From NCBI RefSeq assembly GCF_000315625.1, contig NW_005434662.1:464307-528306 (forward strand): a stretch of DNA of 64,000 nucleotides, written 5' to 3'. Position numbers and translations under genes: made by a program. Below are positions 25,437-37,529 of the stretch, in pieces. This DNA is from Guillardia theta CCMP2712 (Eukaryota > Protista > Cryptophyta). Position 1 is the first letter of the stretch. Each line of letters starts with the position of its first letter. The notes below the pieces were generated by a model. That model saw only the letters and a list, made by a program, of their open reading frames with translations, was not told where the DNA came from and searched no databases.

Positions 25437-26792
25437 ATGGGCGGGGACGATGAGGCGCTGGTGGGGGCGAGGAGGCTCCTCCTTGGCATCCTGGTCGTCA
25501 TGTCGGCCCTCGCAGTTGTCTTCATGCTCGTGTCTGACGATGGGTCGGGGACGAGGACGAACTTGCTAACCAGCATGTTGTGTTGTGAAGGTTGTTGTAT
25601 TTCTACTTCGCCCTCGGTAACATCGAGTCTTTCTCCACAACCTCCTACTGCGGGTGGATCACAGGACGAGTCGTTCTCACAACCTGGAAGATCTACTGTT
25701 CTCCATCTTGCAGGACAGGCTGAGATCGACTATACGGCCAATGGACATAGAGTCTCTCAACACATGGAATCCGCGCTCAATGAGCTGAACAACATCGAAG
25801 ATCATGTGAAGAGCGGCATGCCCAAGTTTCTCAAGGAGTCTGCAGCCCAGAGGGAAGCTGACCTCATGAATCAGAAGTTCACGCAGGACCTTCAGGGAGA
25901 TGCGAAGCCACGAGCAGAGCTTGCGGTCAAAGCTAAGCATGACGCCATTAAGAAGTTGGGTCAAAATGACCTTGAGGAAGCAGCAAAGATGGACACTTCC
26001 TTGAAGAAAGATGCAAAGAACGACAAGAAGCTGTACAAAACGTCAAACGTTTATGTGTCACGCGGGGTCGAAGAAGCTGAGAAGGAGGCAAAGAAAGCAG
26101 TGCAGTTCAAGAGCTCAGAAACCAAGAAGAAATTGATTGAAGAAACATCCAAGAAACCCAAAGCCTCACCTGCAAAGGAAGCGCTGAATTCGTACAACAA
26201 GAAGGTTGTTGCTACGGGACCTTCTGGTTCTTCTCCTGACCTAAACAAAGAAGAAACTGTAATCACACACTTTGTTCCGATCACGTCAGTTGGTCTTGAG
26301 CAGAAGGAGCAGAAAGTAGCCAAGCTTGACCAGTTGCCTCATTCCAAGAAATCAGACGTTGATGAAGAGATTGTCTACCGCTTGGCTGCAAAGGACATGC
26401 AATTCAGGGACGAGCAGATGAAACGACAAGCACACAAAGCTGTTGCCACTGGAAAAGAAAAGGTTCTTGCAAACAAAGACAACGGAGAGCAAAAGAAAGT
26501 TGTAAATCCTCCAGAAGGAGACGAGTCAAAGCCTGCAGTTCAAAAGCCACATGTAGTTTCCCAGAAGAAAAATGTCAAGAGTCCTCACACTGAAAAACGC
26601 TTGAGCGGCGTGCTGAATAGGATTGACAATTTAATTGGGGGATACACAGGGGGGGCTAGCAGGTTTTCCTTGCAATTTCTTTGAAATGTAGCTCATGTTT
26701 ATTGCAGGCATTCAAAATTCTTTAGACACTTTGATAGCGAAAGAGCAAAGCAAGCGGCACAATTGAAGGTGATGCAGAGAAAACGACATTAG
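25437..26792 (+). CDS. Lys/Glu-rich single-pass membrane protein of unknown function
   Basis: ATG at 25437 (MGGDDEAL), TM segment LLLGILVVMSALAVVFMLV. An intron after about 26660 joins a last exon ending ...MQRKRH* at 26792. Confidence 0.65.
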
Positions 26793-26879
26793 TTGCTGAA
26801 GGGGCAGAACTGATGCAGCTCTGATCAACAAATCGAAGTTGTGTGCCGGCCCAGCAAATCTGAAACAATCTACCGATCA

Positions 26880-29488
26880 ACGGTAGTGATCTCGTACAAC
26901 TTCTCCCAGAAGCCTTGTACATGCGGAAGCAGCTATCAGCTTACGGTCCTGGACTGTTGCATGGCATCCGAGAGCTTCCGACTGACTATGATCGAATGGT
27001 GCTGTGCTGACTGTGGCTCGGCCGTTGATCATGAAGATTGGACCGTTGCACATGATGTTCAGTGACATGATGCCTTGAATGTGTACAGTACCCACAACAA
27101 AGGTGGTGGCAAGAGAAGCCCGGAGCCAGGCAGAGGTTGCGAGTATCAGGATTTAGCACAGTCCGTTGGAGGATTCACGCGCGGAGATCCGACACGGGGC
27201 GGCACTCAGAGCTGCAGAGGGGCCTGAGAAGATCATGATCTCTGGTTCTCCTGGATGAGACTCCAACGTCAACCAAGCTGTCAGGTTAACTTCAAGGCAT
27301 GCGATACGACGTATGTCTTCAGGCTTTGTCAAGATACCTTTGTCCTTGTCCATCCATGAATGAGCATGTAGCTTCCATGTGGTTGGACACAAATCCTTGA
27401 GCCTGGGAATAAAGCAAAAGAAAGCTTAACATTAGATTGACTGAGCACACTCAGTACATCAGAGTCAACAGTCAGGGTCAGCTGCACCCTGCGCTGTTTC
27501 ATCGACTGACCTCCCCCTGCACTGCGAGTCACGTGGCGTGCGATGTTGTGAGTCCATGCATTAACGATCGTTGGGACTGCGAGAGGACAAGGTCTGCTTG
27601 TTCAAGGAACAGGTACTCTACGACAGATGCTGGTGGAAATTTCAGAAACCACCTGGACTTAAGCAGGAAAACTTTGAAGAAGGGCGTTTTGTGTAGGAAA
27701 GTTGTCCTTGCATCCAGGTAATTTCTGGAAAGTCTTCGCCAGTTTTTTTCGTAGATAGCAATCCGTAAGATCTCGGGATGCAAGGATGTTGACCAGAGCA
27801 TTCTGTGCATGTACAATTATGTTTGGAGTTGTAATTTGATAGATGGAATGAACCAAAATGGTTTTATGAAACCTTTTCACAGTTCACGAAGCTTTCACAA
27901 GAGCGATCAAAGGTAAAAGTACAGGATGAAATAATAAACAAACAAAATTGCTGATATCAGGACGATTCTCCTCCTCAATGCCGGCCCAGCCATTAATGAT
28001 CATAACCGCTGCCAAACCTTCTCAGTCACACGCACACGTGGGCTAGTCGTTCACCCCCAGAGCCTTCTGGAAGGACTCCACTCGCGACACCGGGGTAGTA
28101 ACGTTCTCATTCTTCTGCTTGCAAAAGGGATAAGAACATGGAGTGTGAGGGAGGGAGGGAGAAAGGAGAGAGGGAGAAAGGGAGAAAGGGAGGGAGAAAT
28201 CAGAGAGCAAGGAGGCGAGTGGGGTGAAGGCGAGGGAGGGACTGGACAGGAAAGCAAGAAGAGGATTGGGCCGATGCAGAGAGGAAAGCGAGGGAAAGAG
28301 AAAGAACCATGTCAGGGGCCGTCTGTTTTCCTGCCTCGCTTTCAGGCAGCTCCGTGCAATGGTACAAGGTGGTGGAGTCTGGATGGAAGCTAACGCAGCC
28401 CTCCCTCGAAATGCTGCACGAGGCACTATCAGCGACTAGTGGCCCCGTCCTCCCCGCCTCACCTGCACACTCGGTTCGTCCCAGCCTCCCAGATGGTCCT
28501 CGTCCTTTTCGAGCTGTCGAAGATGAGGAACTTGAACTCAACGCCGTTGGGGAAGGGAAGGGATATCTGCCTCTGAGCACGTTCGTTGCCCCCCATCAGC
28601 CACCGTCGCCTCCACTTCGTCGAATCTCACCTCCCACCTTGTCCTCCCCAGCTTGTCGTCATGGCCCTTCAGCAGGGGAACGGCCTTGGAGGGGTCCCAG
28701 TTTCCCAGCACCTCACAGCTGCCGACCACAGAGATATACTCGGAAGCAGACTCTGTCTTGTGATGCACGGAGAAGCAAACGTCCACACAGGGTGGGGCCC
28801 CGTTGATCTCGTGGCGGATGTGGTGGGGTAGTTGCGCGGCAGACGAGATCTCGATCTGCCCGATCTGGCTCAGCATCCCCGGGAGCAGACGTAAGATGCT
28901 CACCTGCCCATTGCTCCTGGTGCTGAACGCACGGTTCGGTCCGTCCTCCCACAAAACCTCCTCCAGCACTCCTTCGGATCCTGCGCAGGTGCGATCTGGG
29001 ATGAGGATGTACTTGAACTCGTAGCTCTCATCCGCACGCGGCACACTGTTCAAGCATGTCAGTGCATGTACTTCAGCCGGCCCGACATGAAGCAGAGCAG
29101 ACAGTGGAGATCGCTCCTCCGAGCTCTTTCACCTGATCTTCCTGGACCAGCGGAGCTCGCCAGGGCCTTTGGTCATAACGAGCGCCTTCCGGATATCCCA
29201 CTTTCCCAAGAGGTCGCCAGATCCGACGACAGCAGGAGTGTAGGAGACCTCTGATCCTTCTCTCGCTTCGAAGTGCACGATCAGCTCGATGCTGTTTCGG
29301 TCGCTCGCCTGCACCGCCCGCTTACACCCGAAGCAATCGAAGATGCCTCCTCCCCTGAGCCTCAGCCTCGTCGAGTATCTAAGGCCAGGTGGTAGGAGGA
29401 GAGAATTTGGGCTCTTCTCTGTCTGAGACTGCTGGATGAGCATGGAGCATGCTGCAAGAACCAGCCATGGCGCCGCTTCTCTGACCAT
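26880..29488 (-). CDS. Tandem CBM20 starch-binding-domain protein with signal peptide and LRLRGG presequence; C-terminal domain unidentified
   Basis: MVREAAPWLVLAACSML signal. CBM20 motifs PAVVGSGDLLGKWDIRKALVM, YEFKYIL...VLWEDGPNR and YISVVGSCEVLGNWDPSKAVPL. The 3' exons and end coordinate are uncertain. Confidence 0.75.
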
Positions 29489-30309
29489 TGCTCCCCGCGT
29501 CACCCCAGGGACGCCCACATAAGGGGAAAGGGGGGGTAAGAGGTGGATCGATAAAGGCAACAGTACTCCGCAAAATGTGTTTTAGACTTACACCCCTTTT
29601 TTGATAGTCAAATTCTTGAATTGATGAGGGGTACTTGGGACAAATACAGGGAAACTTTTTACCGTTCTTATTCAAAGACTCAGAGGCTCCGGCTTGCGGC
29701 GGCGTCGGCCCGGGCCGAGCCGGCCCCGGGCCTGACAGAGCGCCGGACCCGGAACTAAGTTGGGCCTCAAAACTTCGGAACGCAACTTTCCGCGCGGCAG
29801 TGCCTCAACTTGACCCGTGCCAGCGGGCCGGGCCTGAGCGGCCTGTCCCGACGTTTTGGGCCGCATACAGGCTGACTCGGTGGCCCGGCCGGGGTGGCCC
29901 GGGCCCGGCTCCCGGGCCCGCCCCAACTTGCCAACCCCCCCCCCCCCCCTTTCCCCCGGCTGACGGGACCGTACTCCGGGAGTCTGAATATTTTACAGAG
30001 GCAGTGAGGCGGGCCGCTGGGAACTTGACGAAAAAACCTTTCAACTTCAATCTCATGTACCTTTCAACCGCCATAACATGTCGTCCTGTGATTCAGTAGC
30101 CTGAGAAGAGAGAGAGGAGAGAGCCGTGAAGAGACTCAGGGGAAGGGGCCAAGGGAGAGGGTGCGCTTGAGGGTGAGGGAAGGAGAGCAGAGCGTCTAGG
30201 CAGAGCGATGAAGTATTCCCAAGGGGAGGTTGAAAACAGCAAGTCGGTGCTTGGAAGGAGCTGCGATGAATGGAGGCGAGCTCAAACTGTATCGTGACCT
30301 TCAGACAAG

Positions 30310-31997
30310 ATGAGCGTTGGAGCAACGCAGGTTTCTGAGCATGGAAGAAGCATGGGGTCAATCGAGACTGAAGTGGAGGTGGAAAGATTCGTGGAAGAGA
30401 CCATGGGACTCTCTGACGGAGTGACGGAAGATTCAGACATCCTCGGGAGGAAGATGTCGTGGAAAGAGTTCGAAACGCGCTCTCGCCTGATCCGATCGCT
30501 GCAGCAGATGCCGTTTGAAGTACTGAGGAACCTCTGGCAGGCTGCAACCGCCCTGGAAATCACCCCCAATGAACTCCTGCAGCCCAACGAGGAGCTCTCT
30601 GCCTTCATTTGCTCTGGGTCGGTTCACCTCAGGAGGTTGAACGAGGCTGCGGCTACGGATGCGAGCAAACGAGATTCCGCATTCTACATGGCAAAGGGCG
30701 AAAGCTTTGACGTGTTCAAGCTGTACAACATGGGTTTCAAGGCGTATGGTGGAGAAGGGGGCGCTCTTGTGGTCCTCATCAACACAAGGATGTGGAAACT
30801 TTACAGGACTAGAATCCTCACTCAGTACTCAGCGCGGTTGGAAAGGTTCTTGAACGGCGTGCTCAAGTTCCCAGCAAAGAGAGGGTTCCATCCCTTCAAG
30901 CTCCGTCGAGTGCCTGGAGGGACCGTCGTGGTGAAAGAAGGCGACCCACTGGACGCCATGGTAAGAAAAGCCAGCTCCCTCGTGTCAAAACTGACTTGTG
31001 ACCGCGTCGTCCTCGCTGCCGTCGCCATCAGATCTGGTTGGAGAGCGGCACCTGCTCAGCTCTCATCACTTTCGATGAGACTCATTGCTCGAAGCTAACG
31101 ATCCCAGGGAGACCGTCAACTCCCGTGATGCGCTTCGTCAGGAAAGTGGATCAGTCCGAGGACGTTGGATCTTCAGTCGCCTTTTTCTCCGATTCGAAGT
31201 CGAAGCTACAAGGTGTTCCGCCTCTCAGCCACACTCGCCTTGTCTGAACAGTCTCTAGCAAGCCGAGTGCTCTCTAGCACCCGTAGCAAGCATGTCGAAG
31301 GTTTTCCAAAGTGGCTCTGGACCGTTTGCGTTCCAGCGGTAGGTAGCGACTAATTGAGAGGAAGTGCAACTGAGAGCCGAATAGCTTCAACGAAACAAGC
31401 CATGACACCGTTGGCAGGATGAGGAGGAAGCGTATTTTGTGATGATACCCATGAAGCAAATCCGAAATCTTCCTGAAAGGCTCCTCGAGAAACTTGATCA
31501 AGAGGCTTCGGACCGAGTAATTCGATTGGTCCACAGCCGTTGGAATGCGCAATGACGTTCCTCCTCAGGTTTCTGTGTGGATCCGTGCTCTCAAAGCTGC
31601 TGCTATCCGAGACGAGAGCGACCGCCTTCCGTCCTCTCGCAGTCGCTCATTGAACATCTCGTCATCCTCCATGCCGAATTCCGCGAGGTACAACGATTCA
31701 GATGGAGCAAAGCAGGGGAGGGAGCATGGCGCTGTTTCCTCGCGGTCGGAAATCATGAAAACGAAAAAGGTTCAAGTCAACGTTCGCCACTTGACCCTTT
31801 CACTGACTGTTTTTTTTTCATTCAGACTGGTGAGAGGTATTCGACCCACAAGTCTCCAAGAACAAGAGCACAAAATCTGTTCTCGCCAGATCTGGACTCG
31901 AGATCGATACATTCTTTCCTCACTCCCCGCACAGAAAATATGCTGTTGGTCCAAGGCAGGACGGTGGAAAAGGGCTCCAAAGGCTTACAGTGAATGA
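30310..31997 (+). CDS. Cyclic-nucleotide-binding (CAP/cNMP) domain-like protein, multi-exon
   Basis: Segments FICSGSVHL...MAKGESF and LRRVPGGTVVVKEGDPLDAM resemble tandem cNMP-binding domains. The end is approximate. Confidence 0.55.
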
Positions 31998-32032
31998 AAT
32001 TTGACCTATCCCCGTTGAAATGGTCCATCTGA

Positions 32033-33865
32033 CTACTTGTCCTTTGATTTGGACTTGATGAGTCCCAGCTGTAGAAACAAGTCAGATGCTCGTTGCTTGA
32101 TGATTGCTATGATCATCATTGTCACCGGTGTAAACTTGATATTGATGCCAGCACTTCGCTGCCATGGGAATCTTCTGTCTTCCTCGTCGTAGTTTTCCGG
32201 ATTGAAGCCCTTCTGATATCCTTGAAACACCATCTTACTCACCTCTTGTCGCGATTTCTTTCTCTCCTCATACACTTTCTCCATCTTGTTCATGTAGGTT
32301 TTGAAGACGTAATCTTCCTTCTCAACTATCCTCCTGTTCCGTTCGATCTCCATCCTGGTCATGCCCTTCTCAGAGCTCTTTGCCTCCTCCGCCTCTTGGG
32401 AAGCTTTCAGCTTGCTCAGTTTCCATCGTTGCTGCAAGCCAAGTAAAAACCTTCCACATGCCTTGACATACCCGAGGTACCATCGTTTCCTGTTCGCTTG
32501 AACTCCAGTCGTCGGCGATTTGTACAGGATCTGACGTTCGAGGGCCCAAACGATATCGGGGAATTTCACCTTCAAATGTTCGTCAAGCCCGTCAAGCCTG
32601 CAAGAATAGGGTCGCTCATACCGCATAAAATCGCCTGCTCAAGCCTCTTCTTGGCGAACTTGAGAATCTGACGCAGCTGTCGTCAGGTAGCCTCAGGTCG
32701 CTCGAACTCAGACTACTTGATCAGAGTCGTGAACACTCCTGGCGATCGCGTTGGGAACGTTCAGTGGCTTTGAAACTGAGAAGCTAATGAGAAATCGTCT
32801 CGGATTCAAGAAGATGCGCAGTACAGCGATCATCGAAGCCATCGTTGTCGTCCAGGGTCTCTTTGATCGAGTTGATGGCTTTCCTAATCCAAAGCATCAA
32901 AACATTGTTATAGACGATTTTACATACCTTCTAGTCAATTTTTGCTTGGTATCCTCGAATGACTTGATCTTTTGTGCGATGAGAAAGCAGGAACTTCACA
33001 GTAGCATCTTAACTCAACCTTGTCAACATTCTCCCTTTCGAAATGCAGCCCTTCAGCGTCCAGGGCAGGTGAGATGCGACCCTTCATCGTCGACACATCA
33101 GAAGGGCAGAGAGTACATCCACTCACCTGAAATTCCCTCGAATGCCCTTCACTTGTCCTGTTTTGATAACTTGACGTCGTGGAACTTAGCGAGTCCTCTT
33201 CAAATCCGTGAAGTGTCCTGAACCAACCATCGCGAAGAGGATCTATAAAAGTTTCAAGTGAGGATCAGTGGCGTCCATATTCTCATCTTTACCATCCATC
33301 TCTTTCTGATCTTCTTCAGGCCTTTCCAGGGGATTCAATTCGGACTTGGGGTAATTGATTATTCTCCTGTTCCCCTTCAGATGATGAAGATTGAAGTATG
33401 CGAATGTGAATGTCTTGCCGTATTTGGTCCCACCTGATACACAAACCATCACTCAAAGACGAGAAGTCATCCGATAGTACCGATATGGAAGGTGTCCCCT
33501 CCCGCCAGCGGCATGGCGCGCCGTTGCAGGAACATTGCACCCACATGAGTGCCGCCTGAGCTGCAGTCTCTGATCTCCCAGCCCGTCCTCCTCCTCCGGA
33601 TCGTCACGTGGACCTTGGACACAGACTTGCATTGGTCGTCGATCACGACGTTGCATGAGGAGGATCGGCCGATCGTGAAGGGGCTGTCTTCACTAACTAC
33701 CCACAGAACGCTCTCTTCGTCTTCATTCCCATGAACTATCCACACGCCCTCTTCGCCATGCTCTGAGCCCGATGCAGCTCCTTGCTCGCCACTCCTGCTG
33801 CCTAGTGAGCTCCGACTCAACAGCTGCTGCTCTCCTTCCCGCAGGCCGACCATCTTGTTCGCCAT
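32033..33865 (-). CDS. FHA-domain protein, multi-exon
   Basis: FTIGRSSSCNVVI...VSKVHVTI...WEIRDCSSGGTHVG...LAGGDTFHIG is a typical FHA signature. Downstream exons reach a stop at 32033. Confidence 0.8.
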
Positions 33866-34207
33866 GTTCGGCTGCTACTCTCTCATTATTGTAACCCCCC
33901 CCCGCCCCCTTGTCAAATCTGACAGAAACCAAATTACTCAACCCGATGGGCCTTCCGAGTTCCCCGACTCCCGCCGGTTGAACTCAGTCCCGGCCCTGAG
34001 TGACTGAGCACCGGGTCACTTTCATCGGATCCAGCTCACCGTCAGGATTTGTACAGGGTCGGACAGAGCCTTGTTCGATCAGCGTTGACGGACGGCTGGC
34101 ATACGATCCATCAGGAGGGGAGGGGGGGAGTTCGCACGGGACATCAAATCAAAGGCTTGAATCTTCTTGTCTTAGGGGGGCTAAGGTTAACGTTACAGTC
34201 TATCTCC

Positions 34208-37007
34208 TCACTTCTTATTCGCAATCCAGTAGTTAGCAGCCCATTTGTCGCCCTTGATGACGTCACACCCTCCATGCAGGCTGCGATCAACACCGTCAGC
34301 CTCGGCCGGGCCGCATCCACCGCTGCATCACCTTCGTACGTCCAGGTTGCATCCAAGGTCATCAGGGGGACAAATCTGCGCAGCCCTGTCAGGACATAGC
34401 GACAATCACTAGTCCTTACCTCCTGCTGTCGCTTCGCCAGCATACTGTAGAATATGATGGCATTCCCGGCCTTGGGCTTCACCTTGAGTCCTCGGGAGCA
34501 ATCGGCGAAGTCCGTGACCTGCAGCAGCGGTCAGCATCGAGTTCCGAAGGTTCCAGACTAACCCGTCGGTCATCGCCGTTGGCAAAGGGGAACACAGTCT
34601 CCCCGCCCTCCTCCACATCGGAGAGGTAGAAGAAGACCTGGGAAGGGGTCTGAGCAGGAGCCGGGCACAACACGACGGGGCTACAGTGATGAATCTGTTC
34701 TGTCCGGGTGAAGTCACGAACCCTCTGTAGATGTTGGGATCGAAGAAGTCATGATGGGCCCAATAGTGTTGGTTCTTCGAGTAGTGCAAGACCTTGACAC
34801 GAGGTCAATCGCAACGGCACAAATGCTCTCCTCTTCCACCTGCATGTCTTCAGCCAGCTCCATCGGCAGTTTCACCAGCTCCGCCACCCTGGTCCTGATC
34901 TTTGCAACGAGAGGGTCTGCCTGTAATGTTGCGGTTGGATGGTGGGGAGCAAGTGGAAATGAGCTCTTACGGTCTTGGATAGCCATGCAGTACTGCCATG
35001 AGCATAGTGAAAATTTTCAGATGACCGCTGCAAGAATGTTTACCTGCTTGTCCTGGCAGATCCAACTCCATTCTTAGCCTCATTACCCTGCCGTGGCTGT
35101 GACTGAAGCGTCCAAACATGGCCGATGTTTGAATACTGCTTCAGCTATTGTAGATCTCCCCATTTTCGCTTTAGAAAACTCGATCAAATATTCACACTCA
35201 TCTGCATCATGTCAGTATGTTTTGCATCGGAGCGTCAGGCTGGAGCGAAACCTGGTTTGAGGAAATCGGCAACCAGAAATACTCTCGGGGACGTTGACAA
35301 AGTTTCAACCTGCACCTCACTGCAGCACGTCTCAAACTAAAGCTTCTGGAGAAGGAGGAAAAAGACCGATCCTCTGAAGGAAGCAGAATCGATTGCTTGA
35401 AGCCCGGATGTTCTACTGGAAATACCTACAAGTGCGATCTCAGAAAATTCGTGGCGAAATCTGCAGTGCATGGAATTTACATAAAAGTCCTTGTCACAGA
35501 GGGCGAAGACTTTGTCGGGAATTTCGATCAGATCTGAGATCTGAACACACATGCCGGTTACTCCCGCAAAAAGACAAGAAAGAAAAGGATTCAATACCGG
35601 ATCTCCATTCGATGCCACGAGCTCCCGTACCGGACGCTGACACAAATTCTTGAGAGTTGCGATGGTGACGAGAAGGTACGAACACCTTCAGCTCTTTGGT
35701 AGCCCGAGCAATAAGATCGGCAACTTTGTCGACACCAGCTTTCTGCTCAGATTGATCAAAGGTCTTGACGACTGCAATCCTGTTACCAGGGGAACTTCGG
35801 TTGCGGGTGGGACTCCAGTCGAAATCTCCTTCTTCAGCGTTCTGTTCATCGACCAAGCAACAGAGTCGCAGTTACATCGGTATATGGTCATCAGAAACAA
35901 GGCGTTCTCACGAATCATAGATCATGTTGTCCCCCACCGAGTAGATGCGAATCATGCGCGTTCCCTGCTCACGGTCTGAACCTCTATGCAGCAAAAGAAG
36001 CACCATCAGTGCTACCGGCAGAGAAGGCGCTCGGTTGACGGACTTCCAGTTGCTCGTCTTCTTCATGACCAGTCTCAACACATCGATCTCATGCAGGATC
36101 CTGCAAAGATCGTGAGGCCTCGCCAGCAGCCGACTCCGAAGGATTGTTTCGCGTCATTACCTGCTGACATCATGCTCATCTTGCACGTGAATCTCGCGAA
36201 CGAGATCGTGCTCGTCCAATTTCCTGACGATGAAGAGAATGTCAGTCGAGCGGACAAACAGCTTCGGGAACGTGTTGTCTCCGTCTTAAAAATCGGGATG
36301 CAACTTACAGCAGTTTCTGTCCTGAAACTGCATGGACACGGAACAGATTTCGAAGATGGCTGAAGCCTTTCTCTGTAAGCCTGAGGGTCCATCACTCTCA
36401 ATCTGTATGATCATCACAACTCACCATGCGCTCACATCCTCTTTTGTCCACTGCTGCGGAGGGATTCGCTGGATTCGCACTGTGCTGTCGCTGATAGGAC
36501 TATCTTTCAATTTGCTCTTGCCGTGAGCTTTGCCTTGTGATAAACAATTTGAGCATTGATCTTCTTCAAGCACCAAATAAATACCTAATAGAGTACTTGA
36601 AAACGATGAGTTCATCACGTACAGGTACGTTGCGATGAGGTATACAGCTATGAAACCAACAACCATTCTATGCCTCCCAATCTTCTTGGTTCTTCGCCGA
36701 AGGGTCCCAACATATTTCGACCGGGTGAAGGAGGATAGGCCGAGAAGCATGTTTCTCTTTGACTCTGTCAAGAATTCAGAGACGTCATGTACGGACGGTT
36801 GACATTTTGCCAGACCTGTGGGTCCAGAAACAAATTTCCTTCACCAAGGGCCACCTCGCCTGTCAGGGTACAGAGGAGCTCCAACAAGGGATCTTAGAGC
36901 GGGAGGGGGATAGAACAAGTTGATTCAAGGAGGCAGGAGGGAACAGCAGGAGGTCTCAGTCTCTTCCTCGCTTGTCAGCCCACCAGCTCCTTCACTTCCC
37001 CAGCCAT
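34208..37007 (-). CDS. Prolyl 4-hydroxylase (2OG-Fe(II) oxygenase) with N-terminal membrane anchor and SAM-like domain
   Basis: VETLSTSPRVFLVADFL; LHYSKNQHYWAHHDFFD (HxD); FFYLSDVEEGGETVFP; VKPKAGNAIIFY; SLHGGCDVIKGDKWAANYW, stop at 34208. Upstream TM VVGFIAVYLIATYLYV and SAM-like PQQWTKEDVSAW. The start codon is uncertain. Confidence 0.8.
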
Positions 37008-37529
37008 GACTGCCACGAAACTCGCAGTCGGGGCAAAACGTTTTTTTCTTGCTTCTTTTACGGCTTTAAATTGTTTTTAAACCGTTGAACACAGTCGGAC
37101 ACGCCGCCGGCCCCGGGCGCGGGCCCGGCGCGGTCCGGAAGTTACTAAGGCTTACTACGGCTCTCCGACCCAGTGTCAAGTCACTGAGTAAGGCTCCGGG
37201 TCGTCTCCCGAGTCCCAAAACTCGATCGTCACAGTGACTTCAAGTAGCCGGGATCATTACGCTGCTGACTGGCCCGGAGTCCGTCGCCTCACAGGAACGG
37301 TACGCCGTGACAGCGCGCGGGCGGCCGCACGCCGGCCCGCCGGGAGGCTGATCAATATAAATAACTTGGCAATTGCCAAGTTACTCAGTGCCAGTCGGAG
37401 CCCGAGTGAAAATACGGCCGGGCCCTGATCCGACATAGGAATCGCGCGGATGTCAGGATTGCTGTCCTGTGTATTCACGCTGAGGCGAGCGCAGACAAGT
37501 TTTGGCCATGGTGTTGGGGAGGGACAACA

